Virus record (IMG/VR): IMGVR_UViG_2974613666_000001
Location: 64,001-128,000 of that record
DNA from: a virus
Lineage: Duplodnaviria > Caudoviricetes
Direction: 5' to 3' (one strand)
DNA: 64,000 nt
In this document: positions 57,392 through 64,000 of the stretch, piece by piece
Position numbering within the stretch: the first letter of the stretch is position 1
Layout: every line of letters begins with the position of its first letter
Notes under the pieces: generated by a model
Told to the model about the DNA's origin: nothing
What the model saw: the letters and a program-made list of their open reading frames with translations, nothing else
The model's database searches: none
Translations under genes and position numbers: made by a program

Positions 57392-57489
57392 TCGATACGC
57401 TTCGCCTAAAGTGGTGTAAAATGGTGGGACATTTTAGTTCATAACTAAAATGTCCCCACAATCTTTAAAAATACTGGCAGAAATGGTCG

Positions 57490-58384
57490 TTAGATTTTCA
57501 GAATCACATTTATCTCTCCACAGTCACACTCCACCTTTTCCACAAGATCCTGAAACAGCACGTACATTTCATCAACCGTCGCGCACTGCCAAAATTCCGG
57601 CTTAGAACCGTATTCAAGCAATTTCTCGTAAATACCTTCAGAACCTGCTGATTCTTTTTTTAAAGCGTTCAGCAGGTTATTTAATTTTGTCTGTTTTATT
57701 TGAATTATTTCGTTTAGATCATTATCGCCTAAACCTACCAATTTGCTTATTTGTTGCCTTAATTCCTTTATTTCAGCAGTTTCTTCTACTGTTCTGTCTA
57801 TTTGGATCGATCCAAGATCCGCTATTGTCTCAGCCGTTACATAAAACTTACTCAAACTTACCTATTTAGACTTTTCTATAATAGATAACTTGTACTAGAT
57901 GGGTAAAGCAAGCCACGTGAGCTTTCTCATTTAATCGTCTGAATTTGTGACCCTGGGAGGAGTTGAATTTGTTTTTATCCCTTACGGCTGCTGACATTGC
58001 TGCCAGTATTCGCATTTTAAACAAATCATCAGGTGTGGTTAGGTCTGTAGATCCTCCATCAAGGAACATTACGGTTACATTATGTTTCTGGAGTTCAAGG
58101 CTAGCTTGCTCCCATTGCAATGTGCTTCTGGTAAATCTGTCGAAACACGGGATAATTAGTTTTTTAATGGCTCCAGATTTGATTAGATCGAGAACCTTGT
58201 TATACCCCTTACGCTTATCGCTCGCTCCGCTTTCTATGTCCCAAAATATTTGATTATCATTAAGTCCCCAGCTTTTAAGTTGAGCTATATAGCGTTCAAG
58301 TCCATGACCTTCCTCAAACTGTTTTTGAGTAGAAACCCGACAATACCCCACGCAGTCACTATAATCTTTTAATCCAGTAACCAT
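57490..58384 (-). pseudogene. XisF-like large serine recombinase (integrase), split and missing its central domains
   Basis: The N-fragment has GYCRVST, WDIESG and DRFTR and stops at KAHVACF. The C-fragment resembles the XisF tail (EIKELRQQI..FW..LVEKV). The recombinase and zinc-ribbon domains are absent and a ~70-bp IS607-like end lies between. Confidence 0.75.
57834..57902 (-). mobile_element. IS607-derived mini-element or end remnant
   Basis: Minus strand GTCTAAATAGGTAAGTTTGAGTAAGTTTTATGTAACGG resembles the right end of the window's IS607, GTCTAGATTTAAGTAGTTTTGGGTAAGTTTTATAGAACGG. Confidence 0.7.
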
Positions 58385-58404
58385 AGATAACGCAGCCTGA
58401 TTAG

Positions 58405-58463
58405 TTTATTTTTGCCCATAGTATTATACATAACTGTATACAAACTGATAGACAAAAATTAAA
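58405..58463. other. Candidate attP-like site of the serine integrase
   Basis: Imperfect inverted repeat TTTATTTTTGCCCATAGTATTATACA-TAAC-TGTATACAAACTGATAGACAAAAATTAAA directly upstream of the recombinase. Confidence 0.5.
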
Positions 58464-58539
58464 TAGAGTGCTTATATAGGTTTAAAGGCGTTGTCTCATG
58501 AATCCCGCGTTAAAAGTAGAATATAAAGAGGTAAAATAG

Positions 58540-59457
58540 ATGATTCAGCAAACAGCTAAACCAACAAGTTTAGCCATTGAGGCACTAAAAAAGATGCTGT
58601 CTAAAGATAAGGAGACTCCTTTCAGTAATGCTCTGTGGGATATAATACACGATCCTCAGATCCCTAATGAACAGCCACAGGAGAGTGAGATATCAGCAAG
58701 GGAATACAGAGAAGCTAAATATATTTGGGATTTGGTGCGCGATCCAAGCGTGACAGAGTTGGATCAGTTTACCGCTCTAACCCTTGAAAAATATGAGAGA
58801 GCTAATTCTATTTGGGAGAGGAATAAAGGACAGTCTCGTAAAAATCGCAAACCTAGGATAAGGTTATCTCTTGACGACTTTCAAGCCATGCTGATCAATT
58901 TATACGGCTTTGAAATTATTAATCGTAGTGCCACTCACAGGTTGATACATACTGCCAATGTTAGCGGTATCGCTAAATCAGCTAAAAGTATTAATAGAGA
59001 AGGTTTAGCTGTTCTATCTAATTTTGCTAATAGAGAAAATTACCCTGATGCCGAGTTTCCGCCAGAGGATTACCCTACTAGCTTTGATGTTCTTTTAGCA
59101 ATTGGTGAACAGACCATCCAAGATGTCTATGGTGAAGGTAATAATGAGGAAGAGGATGATAGCTATAATAATATTGCTGATGTCCGTTCCAATCTTCTAC
59201 TAGGTCACGATGGTGAGCTAACTGAAGACAGACCTAACAACCTAAGAACTTTAATCCACCACTTTCTAGCTAAAAACGGTGATAGGGATTTACATCTAGA
59301 TGGTCAATTAGCGATCACTCTTATAGACCTATTGTTTAAAACCAATCCCAAGGTTGATTTAACAGCTTTGTTAAAAATTCAAGCAATGCTTGGTATCCCT
59401 GCCGAGGCTTTCTTAGAAATGCTTCGCAGGGATATGGAGGATATGCAGCAGGGCTGA
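58540..59457 (+). CDS. Hypothetical protein
   Basis: 305-aa ORF with a GAGGT RBS, divergent from the integrase. Confidence 0.65.
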   Translation: MIQQTAKPTSLAIEALKKMLSKDKETPFSNALWDIIHDPQIPNEQPQESEISAREYREAKYIWDLVRDPSVTELDQFTALTLEKYERANSIWERNKGQSRKNRKPRIRLSLDDFQAMLINLYGFEIINRSATHRLIHTANVSGIAKSAKSINREGLAVLSNFANRENYPDAEFPPEDYPTSFDVLLAIGEQTIQDVYGEGNNEEEDDSYNNIADVRSNLLLGHDGELTEDRPNNLRTLIHHFLAKNGDRDLHLDGQLAITLIDLLFKTNPKVDLTALLKIQAMLGIPAEAFLEMLRRDMEDMQQG

Positions 59458-59938
59458 CTATTTCCTCACCCAAGGGTGGTCAAGTTCCTTAATAGCCTCA
59501 GCTAAGGTTGTTAGTGTTTTCTCCTCCAACATTGATGATTTATCTGAGGTATTTTGTGTATATGATTTTTGCTTTATGGTCTTTGTAGTCATTTTCTTAC
59601 TGGATTTATATTTGATAGCCCATAGACATTACTCTATGGTTTGGGAATGAATCGAGATATATCACATAAGTTCTTAACACAAATTAGCATATTTATAAGC
59701 TTAGGTGTGAGGTGTATCACCCCTTTTTGCCTTTGTGATTCTAGTCACAAGTATTAGAGCTTATAATCACTGCTAAATTGCTGTAAGCCTAATTTTTTCG
59801 TTACTGTATCAAGTCGTTAGCTGCTATATGTGAGGTCACTAAAAATTACTTCTCTTATCTTGTAAATTAAATATACCACTAATCTCAAATCTGTGTTTTA
59901 ATATTTAAAGTGAAACAAACGAAACACAGATTTAAGAT

Positions 59939-62900
59939 ATGTCAACTAGCACAATAACCAATACACATGAGTATTTCGACTTAGTAAATCCCAGCTATAT
60001 CAGTTGGGAATTTTACTCGCAATATATTGACAAGGAACCTCCGTTTGGTGACTTGGGGTTAATTGTTTACTTAAGAACCTATAGCCGCTTTGTAGAGGAG
60101 TTAAGTAGACGTGAGAAGTGGTGTGAGTGCTGCTTGCGTACAGTTGAGTATTCTGTCAGCTTAGATAATAAAAGCCCCGTAGAGTGGAAAAAAGCTGAAG
60201 CTGAGAAGCTGTTTGACATGATGTTCAATATGCGTGGTTTCCCCGCAGGTCGTACATTATGGATGGGTGATAAGAACAAAGCGATCGCGCAAACAGCCAA
60301 TTTTAACTGCTCCTTTAGGGTTATAGACAGCATTTCAGCCTATTCTGAGATTATATATCTGCTGATGGTTGGTGCTGGCGCTGGCTTCTCTGTTCAAAAC
60401 GAGTATGTCTCTAAGCTGCCAACGTTTAACACTGATTTCAAAGTTGACCATATTCCATTTGTGAAACAGTCCAAGGTGGCTAATCAGGATGATACAGTGC
60501 TGGAACTTGCTGATGATCATGATTGGGGTTACGTATGTAAGAAGACCTTCACTGAGCAAGACCTAATTAAGCCCGAAGGCTACTTTATTCCAACCATTTC
60601 TGACATCTCTTTATATACTGAAGCCAAAATCACAGTAGGTGATAGCCGTGTTGGTTGGAGCAACGCATTACGTCTATTTTTAGAACTACTGACTCATACT
60701 AATATTAAAAACATTTCAATCAATTACAACCTAATCCGTCCTAAAGGTGCGAGATTAAAAACTTTTGGTGGACGTGCCTCTGGTTATGCTCCTCTTAAGA
60801 CGTTCTTCAGAAAAGCTGAATGGCTAATTAAGAACTGTGGTGGTAAATTTACCTCAGTAGTCGCTATGGATTTGGCTAACATAATCGCTGAAGTGGTTGT
60901 TGTAGCGGGTGTAAGAAGGTCGAGTGAGATAGGTATAGGTGATGCCTGGGATGTAGCTTTTAAGACAGCTAAGTATGACCTGTTTAGATACGATCCTGGG
61001 TTCACATCATCTGGTTTAGAACTCGTCTCAGACGACGGAAATATGAGTGCTGTTGAAGCCATAGCCGAAACGTATGAAGCTTTTAAATACCAGGTAACAA
61101 TTGCTGATATCATTGCAGACGATGCTGAACATGGTGGTCTACTTCCAACACTCGCCAAAAGATTTGACTTATGGGATACGCAAGATCCTAAAAACGTTGA
61201 GGTTCAAAAGCTTGTAGATTCAGTTGACCCTAAATTCCGCTACCGTGAAAGCCGTGTAATGTCTAATAACTCCATTGGGCTGCAAACTAAGCCCAGTCGA
61301 GAAGAGTTGGAAACTTTAGTCACTTTCATTAAGAATAACGGTGAACCTGGGCTATTTAACTATGAAGCGGGACGCAAACGCAGGGCTGATTTCCAGGGAT
61401 CGAACCCTTGTTTCACTGGCGATATGCGGTTGCTAACCTCAGATGGTTACAAGACTTTTTCTGATCTATCGGTGTCTGATGATATTGCTCTTGTAGATTA
61501 TGTCGGACGCGTACGCAGGGGTAAGGTATGGAGCAACGGTATCAAACCATGTGTTGAGTTAAGGCTCTCTAATGATGTCAAGCTTAGATGCACAGCAGAC
61601 CATAGATGGATGACTTCTCAGCAATCTAGTGTTCAAGCCTCGGAATTAAAAAATCAACAACTAATGCCTTTTATTTCCAAACCCTACCACGATAGTTCTT
61701 GGGTTAGGTATGGTTTCATTCAGGGTGATGGTAACACCAGCAGATTATTGAGCGAGACACATAAAGGGATTGAAGTTAATATCGGAGATAATGACACTGA
61801 TATATACGGCTTGTTTTCTAGCGTTAGCTTCACTAAGAATAAATCAGGCAGAGTGATATATCTCAACGACTCTAAAGATATGGCTGTTATCAGCCGTATT
61901 GGTTATTCTACCAGCACTCTACCTGAGAGGGTTTTACCTCTTTGCTACTCTAGTCTAAATAAAGCGGAAAAAGCTGCTTTTCTATCTGGTTGCTATTCTG
62001 CTAATGGGTCTGTACTTGTGTCTGCTAGGCATGTTACCTACAAATCTACTTGTAGAGAATTATTAGAGCAGATTCAGGATAGCTTACTAGAAGACTTTAA
62101 CATCAACAGCTACATCACCACTAATAAACCCAAGGATGTAGAGTTTGTCAATGGTTCTTATAAATGCAAGGAGAGTCACGACTTAAATATTGCCTCTTAT
62201 GAGGATAGGCTAGCGTTCTACAATCAGATAGGTTTTGCTCAAACCTATAAGACAGAGCGACTGCTGCATGATCTTATCAACTCTTCTCCATTTGTAACAT
62301 CTATCAAGAAAATACAACCTCAAGAAGTGTTTGATTTTAGTCTTGATTATGTACACCCTATAGATGGTGAGCTTGACACCCACTGGGGAGTAGTCGAGGG
62401 TCGTATAGCTCACAACTGCGGAGAAATCCTATTACGCAATAAGGCTGTGTGCAACCTCACAGAAGGAAATTTGAGAGCATACGTCAGACCGGATAAATCT
62501 TTTGACTTCCTCACATTTGAATCTGACCTACGCTTACTCACTCGTATCGGTAGCCGTGTGACACTAGTTAAAATGTGGCATCCAGATTGGGACACAGTTC
62601 AAAGTGAAGACCGCTTACTTGGTGTTTCATTGACTGGACAGTGTGACGCTTGGCTTGCAATGGGTAATCCTTCTGACACAGTTAAAAATGAGATTCTAGC
62701 TTTTGCCAAGAGAATAGTTAGAGATGAGGAAGAAAAGTACCACAGCTTCTTAGGTATCCCGCGCTCAAAACTCACCACTACTGGCAAACCAAGCGGAACG
62801 ATCGCCCAGTTGCCAACAGTATCAAGTGGTTGTCATCAGCCTTACGCACCTTACTACTTTCGTAACGTCAGAATTAGCAGCACTGACCCGTTGGCTAGAG

Positions 62901-63388
62901 TTTTACGTGAGGCTGGTGTACCAGTAGCGCCTAATGGTAATAAAGGCACTTTGGAAGAGGCAGATACTTGGGTGTTTACATTCCCAATCAAGACTAATGC
63001 TCAGATTAAGTCAGTTGACGAGCCTGTACTTGAGCAATTAGAGCGCTACAAGAACCTGATGCAGCATTACGTTGAACATAACCAATCAGTTACTATCAGT
63101 GTCGCGCCAGATGAATGGGATTTAGTGGTTAACTGGCTTGATGAGAACTGGGATAACTTTGTTGGTATCAGTTTCTTACCTAAGTTTGATTCAACTATTG
63201 GTGAAGACGGTAGCTTCCCTCAAATGCCCTACGTCACAGCTAATGAGGAAAGATACAACGAGATGCTCCCTAAATTCCCACGACTACAGGAAGACCAACT
63301 GATTGAGATGATTGCACAGTATGAGAAATCCCAAGAAGAATATACTCTTGAAGATAGCTGCTCTACGGGTGCTTGTCCTGTTCGGTAA
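59939..63388 (+). CDS. nrdJ: Class II (B12-dependent) ribonucleotide reductase with an intein
   Basis: YLRTYSR, PAGRTLW, NFNCSF, GARLKTFGGRASG, GVRRSSEI, SNNS, NGEPG, NPC|GEI, KPSGT, C-terminal CSTGACPVR. Confidence 0.95.
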   Translation: MSTSTITNTHEYFDLVNPSYISWEFYSQYIDKEPPFGDLGLIVYLRTYSRFVEELSRREKWCECCLRTVEYSVSLDNKSPVEWKKAEAEKLFDMMFNMRGFPAGRTLWMGDKNKAIAQTANFNCSFRVIDSISAYSEIIYLLMVGAGAGFSVQNEYVSKLPTFNTDFKVDHIPFVKQSKVANQDDTVLELADDHDWGYVCKKTFTEQDLIKPEGYFIPTISDISLYTEAKITVGDSRVGWSNALRLFLELLTHTNIKNISINYNLIRPKGARLKTFGGRASGYAPLKTFFRKAEWLIKNCGGKFTSVVAMDLANIIAEVVVVAGVRRSSEIGIGDAWDVAFKTAKYDLFRYDPGFTSSGLELVSDDGNMSAVEAIAETYEAFKYQVTIADIIADDAEHGGLLPTLAKRFDLWDTQDPKNVEVQKLVDSVDPKFRYRESRVMSNNSIGLQTKPSREELETLVTFIKNNGEPGLFNYEAGRKRRADFQGSNPCFTGDMRLLTSDGYKTFSDLSVSDDIALVDYVGRVRRGKVWSNGIKPCVELRLSNDVKLRCTADHRWMTSQQSSVQASELKNQQLMPFISKPYHDSSWVRYGFIQGDGNTSRLLSETHKGIEVNIGDNDTDIYGLFSSVSFTKNKSGRVIYLNDSKDMAVISRIGYSTSTLPERVLPLCYSSLNKAEKAAFLSGCYSANGSVLVSARHVTYKSTCRELLEQIQDSLLEDFNINSYITTNKPKDVEFVNGSYKCKESHDLNIASYEDRLAFYNQIGFAQTYKTERLLHDLINSSPFVTSIKKIQPQEVFDFSLDYVHPIDGELDTHWGVVEGRIAHNCGEILLRNKAVCNLTEGNLRAYVRPDKSFDFLTFESDLRLLTRIGSRVTLVKMWHPDWDTVQSEDRLLGVSLTGQCDAWLAMGNPSDTVKNEILAFAKRIVRDEEEKYHSFLGIPRSKLTTTGKPSGTIAQLPTVSSGCHQPYAPYYFRNVRISSTDPLARVLREAGVPVAPNGNKGTLEEADTWVFTFPIKTNAQIKSVDEPVLEQLERYKNLMQHYVEHNQSVTISVAPDEWDLVVNWLDENWDNFVGISFLPKFDSTIGEDGSFPQMPYVTANEERYNEMLPKFPRLQEDQLIEMIAQYEKSQEEYTLEDSCSTGACPVR
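61409..62416 (+). mobile_element. Intein (336 aa) with LAGLIDADG homing endonuclease in nrdJ
   Basis: Starts CFTGDMRLLT, block B CTADHRW, LAGLIDADG-like YGFIQGDG and FLSGCYSANG, ends IAHN before C+1. Confidence 0.93.
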
Positions 63389-63697
63389 TTAATTTATGGG
63401 GAGACTTTAAAACCTCCCCAACTGACTCCACAGGTACGATCGCTTCTCACCACGTCCGCAATTGAGGGAATAAAATGTTTCAGTCCTTCTCGCTCGAACA
63501 TTTGGTAGAACTAGCCACATTTTACCAACTCGCGCTACCTCTTATTTACCTAAAAAACAGATCGCAGCTAATACGTGAAATAGAGAATTATTATAAGGTG
63601 TTTGATTATGCCAAAAGATAAATTTAAAACGGGTTCCCATTACTCCCACAGGTAATTACCTCCAGAAATTACGCCGCCGAAAAAGTTTAAAGGCTTT

Positions 63698-63979
63698 GTG
63701 ATCACAGCAGACTTTGCTAGTAAATTGGCTGAAAATAAGCAACTGATTACGCATTGTCAACCCGTAGCAGATAAGCCATTCACCGGAGTGGTTGCTGAGT
63801 TTGTGTTTGGCTCTGATGTCGTGATATTACCTAATACCGAGTTCAAACCAGATCCAGTAAATGAACTTTACCAACTAACTAATTCAGCTAATACTGATCC
63901 AGAACCCAACACTAGTGTGCTATCCGAAGTTGATCTTAGATTTATCAATAGTGGTTGCTTTTCTGAATATTTAGACTAA
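63698..63979 (+). CDS. Hypothetical protein
   Basis: 93-aa ORF; start uncertain. Confidence 0.4.
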   Translation: MITADFASKLAENKQLITHCQPVADKPFTGVVAEFVFGSDVVILPNTEFKPDPVNELYQLTNSANTDPEPNTSVLSEVDLRFINSGCFSEYLD

Positions 63980-64000
63980 GTAACAATCTCCAATTACTAG

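Larger units (their letters stand above)
1..64000. mobile_element. Segment of a large temperate cyanophage / phage-plasmid (early, replication and nucleotide-metabolism region)
   Basis: Dense short hypothetical ORFs, antirepressor, helicases, primase-helicase, RuvC-like resolvase, dut/thyX/tmk/nrdJ, methyltransferases, tRNA and serine integrase. Many HIP1 GCGATCGC sites and NblA point to a cyanobacterial host. Confidence 0.85.

Noticed and set aside
57424-57458. Hairpin GTGGGACATTTTAGTT/AACTAAAATGTCCCCAC as an att site
   Set aside because: It lies between convergent tmk and integrase genes and fits a bidirectional terminator better.
262-62787. Many antisense or nested short ORFs in the six-frame track (e.g. 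1511-1696, 40630-41124, 45155-45601, 51251-51760, 60784-61158)
   Set aside because: Shadows of real genes with no motifs. Only 53929-54549 has independent motif support.

Overview
The whole window looks like the regulatory, early-gene, replication and nucleotide-metabolism part of a large temperate phage or phage-plasmid of a cyanobacterium. A filamentous, Nostocales-like host is inferred from the many HIP1 (GCGATCGC) octamers, an NblA homologue and an XisF-like serine recombinase. No capsid, terminase or tail genes are recognisable. Recognisable genes: antirepressor, Xre and RHH regulators, FHA protein, RuvC-like resolvase, SSB-like protein, SF2 and Dda/RecD-like helicases, a split primase/SF2-helicase replicase, PAPS-reductase-like protein, small alarmone hydrolase, Dam-family and C5 DNA methyltransferases, dut, thyX, tmk and an intein-containing class II RNR (nrdJ). 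There is one atypical tRNA(CAT), one IS607 element (tnpA+tnpB), one IS1341-type tnpB element and two IS-end remnants. The most notable unexplained signal is a ~400-nt, highly structured, pseudoknotted non-coding RNA candidate with its own sigma70-type promoter and terminator (9795-10196, minus strand). Also notable: a cluster of small membrane proteins with a membrane-anchored FtsK/HerA-like ATPase (possible DNA-spreading module), an integrase knocked out at an IS607 mini-element beside an intact-looking attP-like site, and a conserved promoter-linked motif. All family calls come from motif recognition by eye; no database search was run.
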